Part shown: positions 34,568-44,621 of the stretch, piece by piece
Layout of the letters: every line of letters starts with the position of its first letter
How positions within the stretch are numbered: position 1 is the first letter of the stretch
Assembly (NCBI GenBank): GCA_051881315.1
Contig: JBJEPQ010000019.1
Span: forward strand, 16,570-80,569
Origin: Acutalibacteraceae bacterium
Lineage (GTDB): Bacteria > Bacillota > Clostridia > Oscillospirales > Acutalibacteraceae
DNA: 64,000 nucleotides
Direction: 5' to 3'
Position numbers and translations under genes: made by a program
Notes under the pieces: model-generated
The model's database searches: none
What the model was told of the DNA's origin: nothing
The model's input: only the letters and a program-made list of their open reading frames with translations

Positions 34568-35707
34568 ATGAGCTCAAAGAAGAAAAAAGCAAAGAAAGAA
34601 GTTTCCGAAGCTGTTGATTCGGAAGTATTAGAGACTGAAGCAGTCGATACCAAAAAGAAGAAAAAGAAGGCTAAGAAGGAAAAGACTCCGATGGATCTTG
34701 ACTCCAAGAAGACTCTTTTAAAGAGCGTTACGGCTTTGATCTGCGTTATCGCCGTCTGCATCACCGCAGTTGTTAATACCGGCAAAATGTGCGATGCCGC
34801 AAAGAAAGCCGCAGAGCAGAGAGGCTCAGCCGCAACCGAAGCAATGGGCGACGACGCCGCAGTTGACGGAGAGGTTCCGGCAGATGGTGCCGTTGTTGAT
34901 GAAGTACCGACTGACGCAAGCGGTGAGGAAGTTCCGACAGATGCCGCTCCTGCCGACGATACAAGCGCAGGTGCTTCGAGCACGGGTACAAGCTCAAGCG
35001 CAGGAACAGCTTCAACAGGCAACAAGACTACTGCTGCCGCAAGCTCAGGCATACCGACAGGCGTTGCTCAGATCGTAAGCTATTACAACACAGCAACAGC
35101 TAAGGTTGCCGCTAAGAAGGCTCCGTTCAGCAAGTCAAGAACGACCGTTGAAAAGTCCTACGAAGCAGGTCTTCCGCTCAAGGCATCAAAGAGCCTTGTT
35201 AACAAGTTTATGGGAGTCGGCGATGATAATAAATTCACCAAGTCTGTAACATCAGCTGATGCTGAAAGCTATCATAAGTACTTCCAGGCTTCCAAGTTTA
35301 CTGTGTCCGATGTCACAAAAGCAACCTGCACAAAGAGCGGAAGCAACTATACCATAACGCTTTACATTAAGGACGGCTCAAGCTCCGTTAAGGACGGCAA
35401 GGTAGTTTCTTCAAACAACGCTCCGCTTGACAGAAGCGGACTTGCCTGCGGTGACAAGGATAAGGATTACTGGGATCACAAGACTGCGGAAAATGTTATG
35501 TCGGCAGTTTCTGATGTTGCCGGAAGCGCTAATATCAGCGAAAGCTACAGCAATGCTGTTATCACCGCTGTTGTCAATGCAACAACAGGCAACCTTGTTT
35601 CCCTTACCGCAAAGTTTGACTTTAAGTTTGAGCTTTCAAACATTATGGGATCGTCAGGTAAATCCACAGCTTCTTCAACAGTCAGCATGACTGGCTTTAA
35701 GATGTAA
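34568..35707 (+). CDS. hypothetical membrane-anchored protein: Lys-rich N-tail, one TM helix, acidic/Ser-Thr-Ala linker, unknown C-terminal domain
   Basis: MSSKKKKAKKE...KKKKKKAKKEK, then the TM segment LLKSVTALICVIAVCITAVVNTG, then a repetitive linker (DGEVPADGAVVDEVPTDASGEEVPTDAAPADD, SSTGTSSSAGTASTG), then about 200 aa of non-repetitive sequence. Flanked by terminators, so monocistronic. Confidence 0.65.
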   Translation: MSSKKKKAKKEVSEAVDSEVLETEAVDTKKKKKKAKKEKTPMDLDSKKTLLKSVTALICVIAVCITAVVNTGKMCDAAKKAAEQRGSAATEAMGDDAAVDGEVPADGAVVDEVPTDASGEEVPTDAAPADDTSAGASSTGTSSSAGTASTGNKTTAAASSGIPTGVAQIVSYYNTATAKVAAKKAPFSKSRTTVEKSYEAGLPLKASKSLVNKFMGVGDDNKFTKSVTSADAESYHKYFQASKFTVSDVTKATCTKSGSNYTITLYIKDGSSSVKDGKVVSSNNAPLDRSGLACGDKDKDYWDHKTAENVMSAVSDVAGSANISESYSNAVITAVVNATTGNLVSLTAKFDFKFELSNIMGSSGKSTASSTVSMTGFKM

Positions 35708-35725
35708 CATAAGTTAAATAATAAA

Positions 35726-35757
35726 GGGATGTCGCTTAGCGGCATCCCAAATTTTTT
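35726..35757 (+). terminator. intrinsic terminator
   Basis: gggatg..cgc-ttag-cg..catccc followed by AAATTTTTT. Confidence 0.65.
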
Positions 35758-35771
35758 ATGCAAACTTTTGG

Positions 35772-35800
35772 TTGAAATGAAGTAAATATATGTGTATAAT
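35772..35800 (+). promoter_or_regulatory. sigma-A-type promoter
   Basis: TTGAAA (35772..35777), 17-nt spacer, TATAAT (35795..35800) preceded by GTG (extended -10). Confidence 0.55.
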
Positions 35801-35843
35801 AAAGTCGGTAATTATATAAAAAATTGAGAACACAGGTGATTTT

Positions 35844-36398
35844 TTGAAAAGCAAACCGTATAAACTCGGAATACTGGTCGGTAGATTTCAGACGCTTCAT
35901 TCGGGGCACGAGATGATGATAAACAAGGCGTGCGAGCTTTGCGACAAGGTCGGTATATTCATCGGCTCGTCCGATGAAAATGGGACATACAAAAATCCCT
36001 TTTCATTTGAAACAAGAGAGGATATGCTGAGATCGGTTTTCGGCGAAGATATTTATATCTATCCTCTTCCTGATATCGGAGTGGGAAACAACTCGTCATG
36101 GGGAGATTATGTCCTCAGAAATGTCGTTGACCGATTCGGAGAGATGCCCGATCTGCTGATTTCGGGTAAGGAGGCAAGGCGCATAAGCTGGTTTGACAGC
36201 GTAGAGGGCGCTTCGATAGCCGAGCTTTATATCCCGAAAACGATCGACATTTCCGCAACCGAAATGCGGGAGTGCTTTATCAACGGCAATATTGACCGCT
36301 GGAAAGAATATACCAATCCTAAGCTGTGGGACAAGTTCGATGTGCTCAGAAAGGAAATGCTTGCCGCAAAGGATAATACGGAAACGCACAGCATTTGA
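35844..36398 (+). CDS. cytidylyl/adenylyltransferase-family protein, NadM/NadR-type NMN adenylyltransferase-like
   Basis: GILVGRFQTLHSGHEMMI carries the (H/T)xGH nucleotidyltransferase motif in the GRFQP.H.GH context of NMNATs. The ISATEMRE motif lies near the C-terminus. TTG start. Confidence 0.65.
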   Translation: MKSKPYKLGILVGRFQTLHSGHEMMINKACELCDKVGIFIGSSDENGTYKNPFSFETREDMLRSVFGEDIYIYPLPDIGVGNNSSWGDYVLRNVVDRFGEMPDLLISGKEARRISWFDSVEGASIAELYIPKTIDISATEMRECFINGNIDRWKEYTNPKLWDKFDVLRKEMLAAKDNTETHSI

Positions 36399-36413
36399 TG
36401 TGAACAAAATCAA

Positions 36414-36446
36414 CCACGCTGAGATTAACCGTCTCAGCGTGGCTTT
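36414..36446 (+). terminator. hairpin terminator
   Basis: ccacgctgag / ctcagcgtgg 10-bp stem followed by CTTT. Confidence 0.55.
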
Positions 36447-36576
36447 ATGTAGTGTGCTCGGCATGCGTAATAACTTGGCGGTGAAGGTTCGATACATTTC
36501 TTTTACAGGGAACGTCATTTTTCTATTGTATAAATCCTTTTTTTATGTTATTATATAATTTAGCTTAGGCTAATTT

Positions 36577-37998
36577 ATGAAAGTTGGTATCAATATGGAT
36601 AAAAAAGTTCCTTTCAGAGAAAAAATCGGATATGGCGTCGGCGCAGTCGGTCTTGATCTCAGCTACGGTTTATTCTATTCCTACCTGTCATTGTATCTGA
36701 CAAACGCACTCGGAATCAGTCCGCTGTTCCTTCTCATCCTTGCTCCGATAGCAAGACTTTGGGACGGAATCAACGATCCGATGATGGGAACGCTGGTTGA
36801 TATTTCAAACAGCAAAATGGGCAAATACCGTCCGTGGATACTAAGAGGTGCGGTGGCAAACGCCGTTGTTCTGTGCCTGCTTTTCAACAATCCCGGAATT
36901 GACACTAAATCGGTCTGGATGTATGTCTATGTCGCCGTGTTCTATGTCCTTTGGGGAATGACGAACACACTTGCCGACATTCCGTACTGGTCGATGATAC
37001 CATCCTTTGCAACAGAGGAAAAGGACAGAAACTTCATCTCCACAATCGCAAGAACCTTCTCCGGTCTCGGTCAGGGAATTGTGCTTATTCTCACCGCACC
37101 GATCGTTGCCTTTTTCGGCAGATCGAGTGCCGACAGCCTGAGCGCAATGACGCCGGAGAGCCTCAGAGTAGGCTTCGGTAAGTGGTCAATCCTTGCGTCG
37201 GTACTGCTTGTGCTTTTTGCTTTTATCTGCGTTATTTCCACCAAGGAAAGAAACGTTGTCAAGGGCGGCGAAAAGTTCTCGTTTAAGGACGCTATCAACG
37301 TTGTAAGACAGAACGATCAGCTTATGGTATTTATGCTCTTTGCGATGATTTCGAACGCAGGCTATTATATGACCTCCGGTATCAGCAGTTATTATTTCAC
37401 CTCCGTTGCAGGTGATCTCGGTCTCCAGTCAAAGTTCAATATGTTCGGTGCGGTCGGCTCGATCATAGGTATCGCCGTTATTCCCGTTTGCTCCAAGTTT
37501 ATGAACAACCGTTCTATTTACAAGCTTTCTCTCGGTATGGCCGCCGCAGGATATATCGGTATGGCGATAATCGGCTACGGATTCGGCGGCAATGTTTACG
37601 GGCTCGGCGCATGCTATCTGCTCACCTCGGTCGGTATAGGAAGTATGTTCGTCAATCAGACGGTTATGCTCGCCGATGTTGTTGACTACGGTGAGTACAA
37701 GCTCGGCAAGAGAAATCAAAGCCTGACATTCTCGATGAAGGGCTTTTTGCAGAAAATGGCGTACACGGTACAGTGCATCATTATGTACCTGACCTTCAGC
37801 GTCACAAAATATGAGGGAACAGCACCCGAACAGACTCAGACGGCTAAGGACGCTATTTCTGCGCTCATGTTTATTGTGCCGCCGGTGCTCATCATAATTT
37901 CATTCATTGTTTTCTCAAAGAAGTACAAGATCTACGGCGATTTTAAGAGGGAAGTGCTTGCGGCTGTTTCCGAGAAGCACAACAAAGAGGAAAAATAA
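36577..37998 (+). CDS. glycoside-pentoside-hexuronide (GPH/MelB-type) cation symporter
   Basis: GYGVGAVGLDLSYGLFYSYLSLYLTN and ARLWDGINDPMMGTLVD are hallmark GPH motifs. There are about 12 TM segments. An alternative start is the ATG at 36595. Confidence 0.85.
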   Translation: MKVGINMDKKVPFREKIGYGVGAVGLDLSYGLFYSYLSLYLTNALGISPLFLLILAPIARLWDGINDPMMGTLVDISNSKMGKYRPWILRGAVANAVVLCLLFNNPGIDTKSVWMYVYVAVFYVLWGMTNTLADIPYWSMIPSFATEEKDRNFISTIARTFSGLGQGIVLILTAPIVAFFGRSSADSLSAMTPESLRVGFGKWSILASVLLVLFAFICVISTKERNVVKGGEKFSFKDAINVVRQNDQLMVFMLFAMISNAGYYMTSGISSYYFTSVAGDLGLQSKFNMFGAVGSIIGIAVIPVCSKFMNNRSIYKLSLGMAAAGYIGMAIIGYGFGGNVYGLGACYLLTSVGIGSMFVNQTVMLADVVDYGEYKLGKRNQSLTFSMKGFLQKMAYTVQCIIMYLTFSVTKYEGTAPEQTQTAKDAISALMFIVPPVLIIISFIVFSKKYKIYGDFKREVLAAVSEKHNKEEK

Positions 37999-38019
37999 AT
38001 TGCGGCAGGTGTTGACCTT

Positions 38020-39141
38020 ATGAAAAAAATTGTATTTTTCTCGCACGGACTCAGCGCAAACGGAATTGAAACCTTTCTTGTAAATGTGCTGAAAAAAATC
38101 AACAGGGAAAAATATGACATTGCCGTTGTTATTGCCATTGACGAGGGAGTTGAGTGTCTGCACGAAAAGACCGTGACCGATCTCGGTATCAGAGTTATTC
38201 ACGCAGGTGATCTTGACGCTCCGCAGAAAAAGCTGATTTATATTAAAAATGTAAAAAAGATTTTAGCTTCCGAGCATTTTGACATTGCTCACTCAAATAT
38301 GGATCTGCTAAACGGCATCACCCTTACGCTCGCAAAACGATGCGGAATACCCGTGCGGATATGTCACGCACATAATTCAAAAAGTCAGTACGCTCCGGTC
38401 GGCAGATTGGCTTCGCTTAAAAAGCTTTTGCAAAAGCTTTACAGCCGAACGATGAAAAGGCTGATAATCCGCTCCTCGACAAAGCTGCTTGCCTGTTCCG
38501 ATGTTGCGTCGGACTATTTCTACGGCGGCAGAAAGTCAACTCTGATTTACAACGGAATTGACACGCAGAGCTTCATTATGCCCGACGGCTTTGATCGCAG
38601 GGAATATTCAAAGGCTTTCGGAGCAAGCGGAGACGAAAACCGACTTGTTGTTTCGGTCGGCAGACTTTCCGCTCAGAAAAATCCCGTGTTTGCCGTTGAG
38701 ATAATATCAGAGCTTGCAAAGCTGAGGAATGATTTCAAATATGTCTGGGTGGGCGCAGGCGAGCTTGAAGCCGAAGCGAAAGGGAGAGCCGAACAGCTCG
38801 GAATTTCCGACAGAATTATTTTCACGGGAGTGAGAACCGACGTCAGGGAAATCCTTGCCTGCTGTGACTGCTTCCTGATGCCGTCGCTCTTTGAGGGACT
38901 TCCGTTTTCGCTTGTCGAGGCTCAGGCGGCAGGACTTAGGTGCGTGGTTTCCGATGTTGTAACAAGAGAAGCCGACGTCGGACTGATAGAGTATTTCTCC
39001 CTTGAAAACGGAGCCTCTCAATGGGCGGAAAAAATAAATAAAATGCTTGACGAGCCGAAAAAAACGGCCGACAAAGACAAGCTTGCGCTGTTTGATATTT
39101 CCAATACAGTTCGCCAGCTTGAAGAAATATACGATAAATAA
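38020..39141 (+). CDS. glycosyltransferase, GT-B fold (GT4 / Glycos_transf_1 type)
   Basis: LVVSVGRLSAQKN... and MPSLFEGLPFSLVEAQAAGLRCVVSD (the E-x7-E region). Confidence 0.85.
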   Translation: MKKIVFFSHGLSANGIETFLVNVLKKINREKYDIAVVIAIDEGVECLHEKTVTDLGIRVIHAGDLDAPQKKLIYIKNVKKILASEHFDIAHSNMDLLNGITLTLAKRCGIPVRICHAHNSKSQYAPVGRLASLKKLLQKLYSRTMKRLIIRSSTKLLACSDVASDYFYGGRKSTLIYNGIDTQSFIMPDGFDRREYSKAFGASGDENRLVVSVGRLSAQKNPVFAVEIISELAKLRNDFKYVWVGAGELEAEAKGRAEQLGISDRIIFTGVRTDVREILACCDCFLMPSLFEGLPFSLVEAQAAGLRCVVSDVVTREADVGLIEYFSLENGASQWAEKINKMLDEPKKTADKDKLALFDISNTVRQLEEIYDK

Positions 39142-39159
39142 AACGAAAGGAGATGCGAT

Positions 39160-41217
39160 ATGAGCAGGAAAAAGTGGATAGTCAAAAGCGGAAACAAAGA
39201 GAACGCAACGCTTATTTCCGAAAAGCTCGGAATCAGTCCTTATTCCGCTCTGATCGCATCGACGAGAGGAATAAATACGGTTGAGCAGGCGAGGGAATTT
39301 TTCGGACTTGATGAACGCAAAAGCGTTGATCCAATGGACTTTCCCGATATGTACCCTGCGGTTAAGAGGATACAGAAGGCCCTTGACGGATTTGAAAGAA
39401 TTGCCGTCTACGGCGATTATGACGCAGACGGAGTGACCTCGACTGCGCTGTTGTATTCTTACCTTGAAATGCAGGGTGCTGACGTTGTCTATTACGTTCC
39501 GAACCGCCACACCGAGGGCTACGGTCTGAGCTATGAGGCTATCGACAAGCTCAGCCTGATGGGCGTTAAGCTGATAATCACCGTCGATAACGGAATAAGT
39601 GCAATCGACGAGGCGAAATATATCAACGAGCTTGAAATGGAGCTTATCGTCACGGATCATCATCTTCCGTCGAACACTCTGCCGCAGGCGGTCGCCGTGG
39701 TTGATCCTCACAGAGAGGACTGCAATTTAGAGTTCAAAGACTATGCAGGCGTAGGAGTTGCATATAAATTGATATGCGCCCTTGAGGGAGAGGAGAACGG
39801 AGTGACCGACAGCTTTGCCGACCTTGCGGCTATCGGAACGGTTGCCGATATTATGCCCCTCATCAAAGAGAACAGGGACATTGTACGCCGTGGAGTGGAG
39901 CTGATAGCGGATTCCGACAGAATCGGACTTCAGGCTCTCATCGAGGTCGGAGGACTGGGAAATAGAGCGATCACCTCAACCTCCGTTGCTTTCGGTATCT
40001 GTCCGAGGATAAATGCCGCAGGACGAATGGGCTCTGCCGACAGAGCGATAAGACTTCTGCTGACGGACGATTACGACGAGGCAACTCTCCTTGCTCAGGA
40101 GATAAACGACGAAAATGTTTTAAGACAGCAGACGGAGCAGGAGATACTCGGTCAGGCTGTTGAACAGATAAAAGCAAATCCCGATTGGCAGTATCAGAAT
40201 GTGCTTGTCGTCGCAGGCGAGGGCTGGCACGACGGAGTTGTGGGAATTGTCGCTTCAAGGCTCGTTGAAAAATACGGCAAGCCGACTCTTGTAATTACGG
40301 TTGACGGCGAGGAGGCAAAAGGATCCGGCAGAAGCATTGAGGGTTTCAGTCTCTATGACGCGCTCAACGCCTGCGGTGAATGTCTGACACACTTCGGCGG
40401 ACATACTCTTGCCGCAGGAATAGGGCTAAAAACCTCGGATATAGACGCTTTCAGAAAGGCGATAAACGACTATGCCGACAGTATGGAAATGCCGTGTCCG
40501 ATACAGAATATCGACTTCAAGCTCAATCCTGCCTGCGTCAGCGTAGAAATGCTGGAAACGATAAATCAGCTTGAGCCGTTCGGCTCGGGCAATCCTCAGC
40601 CGATATTCGGTCTTTACAATATGACCGTGGCAGATATACAGCCTATCGGCAACGGAAAGCATCTGAGAATAATACTTGAACGCAACGGTGTTTCCCTGCA
40701 AACGGTGAAGTTCAAAACCGTACAGGCGGAGTTCCCGTACCGAAAGGGCGATGTTGTGGACGCCGCCGTTCAGCTTGAGGCGAATGAATATCTCGGTCAA
40801 CTGAGAGTCAACATATTGTTAAAAAACATTAAACTTCACGATATGGTCGAGGAGGATCTTTTCAGCTCGATGAGCGATTTTTCAAAGCTTATGCGAGGTA
40901 AAACTCAGGGCTTTGACGCGGAGTTACTCATTCCGCAAAGGGAGACCTCCGCCAAGGTTTACAGATTTATCCGCTCCGTCGGAAGATGGAATTACGATAT
41001 CGAAACCCTCTGCCACAGGCTTGATTTCTGGGCGGAGGACTACGGACAGGTAGCGGTGTCCGTTGAAGCGATGCTCGAAATGGGCATACTTATTAAAGAC
41101 GAAAATCAGGGCTTGAGCGTTTCGAAAACAAGCGAGAAGGTCAACTTGCAGGATGCGCCCATACTCAAAAGATTAACAGAATTGTCAAAGGGATCGGCAA
41201 ACAATGCCGAGTGGTAA
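39160..41217 (+). CDS. recJ: single-stranded-DNA-specific exonuclease RecJ
   Basis: DHH-family motifs: VYGDYDADGVTS, ITVDNG, VTDHH, GGHTLAAG. 685 aa. Confidence 0.93.
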   Translation: MSRKKWIVKSGNKENATLISEKLGISPYSALIASTRGINTVEQAREFFGLDERKSVDPMDFPDMYPAVKRIQKALDGFERIAVYGDYDADGVTSTALLYSYLEMQGADVVYYVPNRHTEGYGLSYEAIDKLSLMGVKLIITVDNGISAIDEAKYINELEMELIVTDHHLPSNTLPQAVAVVDPHREDCNLEFKDYAGVGVAYKLICALEGEENGVTDSFADLAAIGTVADIMPLIKENRDIVRRGVELIADSDRIGLQALIEVGGLGNRAITSTSVAFGICPRINAAGRMGSADRAIRLLLTDDYDEATLLAQEINDENVLRQQTEQEILGQAVEQIKANPDWQYQNVLVVAGEGWHDGVVGIVASRLVEKYGKPTLVITVDGEEAKGSGRSIEGFSLYDALNACGECLTHFGGHTLAAGIGLKTSDIDAFRKAINDYADSMEMPCPIQNIDFKLNPACVSVEMLETINQLEPFGSGNPQPIFGLYNMTVADIQPIGNGKHLRIILERNGVSLQTVKFKTVQAEFPYRKGDVVDAAVQLEANEYLGQLRVNILLKNIKLHDMVEEDLFSSMSDFSKLMRGKTQGFDAELLIPQRETSAKVYRFIRSVGRWNYDIETLCHRLDFWAEDYGQVAVSVEAMLEMGILIKDENQGLSVSKTSEKVNLQDAPILKRLTELSKGSANNAEW

Positions 41218-43501
41218 GAAAATGTCAGAAGCAAATGAAAAAAATAAATTAACTTCTTCGATAACTGCACCCGAGGGAAAGCCGGACGGAGAAAAAAACT
41301 TCGTACCCGAAAACCCCGACGAGCTTTATTCAAAGCTGATTACGCTTGTCAGGGAGAATATGACGGAAAATGACGTTTCACTCGTTGAAAAAGCGTACTT
41401 CGTTGCAAAAAAGGCTCATGAGGGGCAGTTCAGATTTTCGGGCGAGCCTTATATAATTCATCCAATCTCTGTCGCAATTATCCTTTATAACTTAGGTATG
41501 GACGGGGAGTCGATGGCTGCGGCCTTGCTGCACGATGTTGTCGAAGATACGGATATGACAAAAGAGAATATTCAGGAGGAATTCGGCGAGGATGTTGCAA
41601 ACCTTGTTGAGGGCGTTACAAAGCTCGGCAAGGTGCCTATCTTTACCAAGGAGGAGCAGCAGGCGGAGAATGTCCGCAAGATGCTTATGGCGATGTCGCA
41701 GGATATCCGTGTCATTATCATCAAGCTGGCAGACCGCATACACAATATGAGAACCTTGTCTTTTATGCGACCGGATAAAAGACGTGAAAAAGCTCAGGAA
41801 ACCTTAGAAATATATGCTCCCATTGCTCACCGTCTCGGTATCAGAGGCGTCAAGGAGGAGCTTGAGGATTTGGCGATCAGTTACCTTGATCCCGTTGCTT
41901 ATAAGGAAATTCAGGAAAATCTTGAGCATCAGCAGTCCAAGAGAAAAGAATATCTTGACAGTATTCAGAAGAAGATCAGCGACAGAATTAAACAGGTTGT
42001 GCCCAACAGCAGTATTTCCGGCAGAATAAAGAGTGTTCACGGAATTTACCGTAAGATGTATATGCAGGGCAAGAGCTTCGACGAGATTTACGACATCTAT
42101 GCCGTCAGAATTATCGTTGACGACGTTATCGACTGTTACAACTGTCTCGGAATAATTCACGATATGTTCAAGTCCATTCCCGGACGTTTCAAGGACTATA
42201 TTTCAACTCCCAAGGCGAATATGTATCAGTCGCTCCATACAACTGTTATCGGCGACGAGGGTATTCCGTTTGAGGTTCAGATCAGAACATGGGAGATGCA
42301 CCGCACCGCCGAATACGGTGTTGCCGCCCATTGGAAGTATAAGCTCGGAATGAACGGCAGACAGAAGTTTGAGGAGAAATTCTCGTGGATCCGTCAGCTT
42401 CTTGAGAGCCAGAACGTTTCGGAAAATCCGCAGGATATCGTCAACACGATCAAAACCGACCTCGTTCAGGAGGAGGTTTTCGTGTTCACACCGAAGGGAA
42501 GCGTTATCAATCTTCCCGCAGGCTCTACCGTTGTTGACTTTGCCTATGCTATCCATTCGGCGGTCGGCAACAGAATGGTCGGAGCCAAGGTGGACGGCAG
42601 AATAGTTCCGATAGATTATGTTGTCAAGACGGGTGAGATCGTTGAGATTGTAACCTCGTCACAGCAGAATAAAGGACCGAGCCGTGACTGGCTCAAATTC
42701 GTCAAGACAAGCGGCGCAAGAAATAAGATCCGCTCATGGTTCAAGAAAGAACGCAGGGAGGAAAACATTCTTGAGGGCAAAATGGAGGTTGAGCGTGAGT
42801 TCAAGCGCAACTTTATCCGCCTGACGGATCAGCAGTTTGAAAAGTTTGTTCTTGAGATCGCACAGCGCCAGCGTTTTAACAGCGCCGACGATTTCTTTGC
42901 CGCCATCGGCTACGGCGGAATTTCAATCAACAAGCTGATGCCGCATATCAAGGACGAATATGTCAAGGAGTTTAAACAGCCCGAGCCCGTTGAGGAGGAT
43001 GTTATCAAGATATCCAAGCCTGCTCAGCAAAAGCGGACAAAAAGTCAGGAGGGCGTTGTTATCGAGGGCATCGACAACTGCCTTATAAAGCTTTCCAAGT
43101 GCTGCAGTCCCCTGCCGGGCGACAATATAATCGGATTTATCACAAGAGGACACGGAGTTTCCATACACAAGCGTGACTGCACGAACGTGCCGAAGGTCAT
43201 TGAGCTTTCCGACGAGCCTGACAGATGGATCGCCGCAAGCTGGGATAATTCCGCCAAGGAGGACTTTACGGCAACGGTTTCGCTTGTCTGTCTTGACCGT
43301 GTCGGATTGATGGCAGATATTTCAAAAATGATAGCCGATATGCGTGTTATGATCTACGGAATTAACACAAAGAGCAAAAAGGACGGCAGAGCCTCGCTTG
43401 AGCTGACGATCGGCGTAAACGGAAAAGAGCATCTGAACAGCGTTATGGCAAAGCTCAGAAAAATAAACGGCGTTCTTGATATCGAAAGAGCCAACAGCTA
43501 A
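41204..43501 (+). CDS. relA: bifunctional (p)ppGpp synthetase/hydrolase, RelA/SpoT (Rel) family
   Basis: HD domain (HPISVA, LLHDVVEDT), synthetase domain (RIKSVHGIYRKM, YQSLHTTV), and TGS and C-terminal ACT regions. An alternative start is the ATG at 41222. Confidence 0.95.
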   Translation: MPSGKKMSEANEKNKLTSSITAPEGKPDGEKNFVPENPDELYSKLITLVRENMTENDVSLVEKAYFVAKKAHEGQFRFSGEPYIIHPISVAIILYNLGMDGESMAAALLHDVVEDTDMTKENIQEEFGEDVANLVEGVTKLGKVPIFTKEEQQAENVRKMLMAMSQDIRVIIIKLADRIHNMRTLSFMRPDKRREKAQETLEIYAPIAHRLGIRGVKEELEDLAISYLDPVAYKEIQENLEHQQSKRKEYLDSIQKKISDRIKQVVPNSSISGRIKSVHGIYRKMYMQGKSFDEIYDIYAVRIIVDDVIDCYNCLGIIHDMFKSIPGRFKDYISTPKANMYQSLHTTVIGDEGIPFEVQIRTWEMHRTAEYGVAAHWKYKLGMNGRQKFEEKFSWIRQLLESQNVSENPQDIVNTIKTDLVQEEVFVFTPKGSVINLPAGSTVVDFAYAIHSAVGNRMVGAKVDGRIVPIDYVVKTGEIVEIVTSSQQNKGPSRDWLKFVKTSGARNKIRSWFKKERREENILEGKMEVEREFKRNFIRLTDQQFEKFVLEIAQRQRFNSADDFFAAIGYGGISINKLMPHIKDEYVKEFKQPEPVEEDVIKISKPAQQKRTKSQEGVVIEGIDNCLIKLSKCCSPLPGDNIIGFITRGHGVSIHKRDCTNVPKVIELSDEPDRWIAASWDNSAKEDFTATVSLVCLDRVGLMADISKMIADMRVMIYGINTKSKKDGRASLELTIGVNGKEHLNSVMAKLRKINGVLDIERANS

Positions 43502-43525
43502 AGATAGAATATAAGAGGATTTTTT

Positions 43526-43987
43526 ATGAAAGCAGTAGTTCAAAGAGTAAAATCGTCCGCAGTCGTTGTTGACGGCGAAACAATAGGTGAGATCGGACGG
43601 GGATATAATGTCCTTTTAGGAGTTTTTCCCGACGATACAAAAAAGGACGCAGAGATACTTGCCGCAAAGATAGCAAAACTGCGTGTCTTTGAGGACGAGG
43701 ACGAAAAGATGAATTTGTCGATCATGGATATCGGCGGTGAGGTGCTTGCAATTTCGCAGTTTACGCTGTGTGCGGACATCAAGAAAGGCAACCGTCCCTC
43801 GTTCATTACCGCCGCAAAGCCCGAATATGCCAACGAGCTTTATGAATACTTTATGGAACAGCTCAAAGCAAACGGCATAAAAAAGGTTGAACACGGCTCA
43901 TTCGGAGCGGATATGCAGGTCGAGATACACAATGACGGCCCCGTGACGATAATTATGGACACTACAATTTGGAATAAGAGGGATTGA
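43526..43987 (+). CDS. dtd: D-aminoacyl-tRNA deacylase
   Basis: MKAVVQRVKSSAVVVDGE...ISQFTLCADIKKGNRPSF...NDGPVT is canonical Dtd. It follows relA as in Bacillus. Confidence 0.93.
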   Translation: MKAVVQRVKSSAVVVDGETIGEIGRGYNVLLGVFPDDTKKDAEILAAKIAKLRVFEDEDEKMNLSIMDIGGEVLAISQFTLCADIKKGNRPSFITAAKPEYANELYEYFMEQLKANGIKKVEHGSFGADMQVEIHNDGPVTIIMDTTIWNKRD

Positions 43988-43988
43988 A

Positions 43989-44621
43989 ATGACGGTTGAA
44001 ACACTTGTTCTCGGTCCCGTAAGTGCCAATACCTACATTGTCACGGACGATGTAAGCGGCGAAACAGCGGTGATCGATTGCGGCGAATGTACCGCAGAGC
44101 TGCTTGAAAAGCTCAGCGACAAAAATGTAAAATATATTCTTCTGACCCACGGTCACGCTGACCATATCCTCGGAGTTTACGGTCTCAGGCAGGCCTTTCC
44201 CGAAGCGAAGATCGTTATTCACAGGGAGGATGCGATCTGTCTTACGGACGAAAGATTCAGCCTCGGAGTAAGTATTGCTCCCGGCAGGCAGAAAAATACC
44301 GAAGCCGATATCACGGTGGACGAGGGCGACCGGATAACTCTCGGAAGCCTTGTTTTCACCGTTATGCACACTCCCGGTCACACCAAGGGAAGCGTATGCT
44401 ACTATGTTGAGAGCGAGCGTGCTCTCTTTACGGGCGACACTCTTTTCTGCCTTACCGTGGGCAGGACCGATCTCTACGGCGGAAACGATGATGAAATGTA
44501 TGCTTCAATCAAAAGGCTTTATGAAATGCCGGGAGATTATGCGATATATACAGGTCACAACAGATCAACAACGATGGAATACGAAAGAAGAAGAAACAGA
44601 TATATGAGGAGATTTAAATGA
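43989..44621 (+). CDS. MBL-fold metallo-hydrolase (glyoxalase II-like)
   Basis: LLTHGHADHILG (HxHxDH motif), HTPGHTKGS, GDTLF. Confidence 0.85.
   Translation: MTVETLVLGPVSANTYIVTDDVSGETAVIDCGECTAELLEKLSDKNVKYILLTHGHADHILGVYGLRQAFPEAKIVIHREDAICLTDERFSLGVSIAPGRQKNTEADITVDEGDRITLGSLVFTVMHTPGHTKGSVCYYVESERALFTGDTLFCLTVGRTDLYGGNDDEMYASIKRLYEMPGDYAIYTGHNRSTTMEYERRRNRYMRRFK

Noticed and set aside
34483-35052. A 189-aa ORF antisense to the low-complexity hypothetical gene
   Set aside because: It is produced by the repetitive Ala/Ser/Thr/Pro-coding linker read backwards. It begins beyond the sense gene's own start and runs through the upstream terminator.
38707-39711. A 334-aa ORF antisense to the end of the glycosyltransferase gene and the start of recJ
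   Set aside because: It spans an intergenic gap and two well-supported sense genes. It has no SD and a composition typical of antisense translation.
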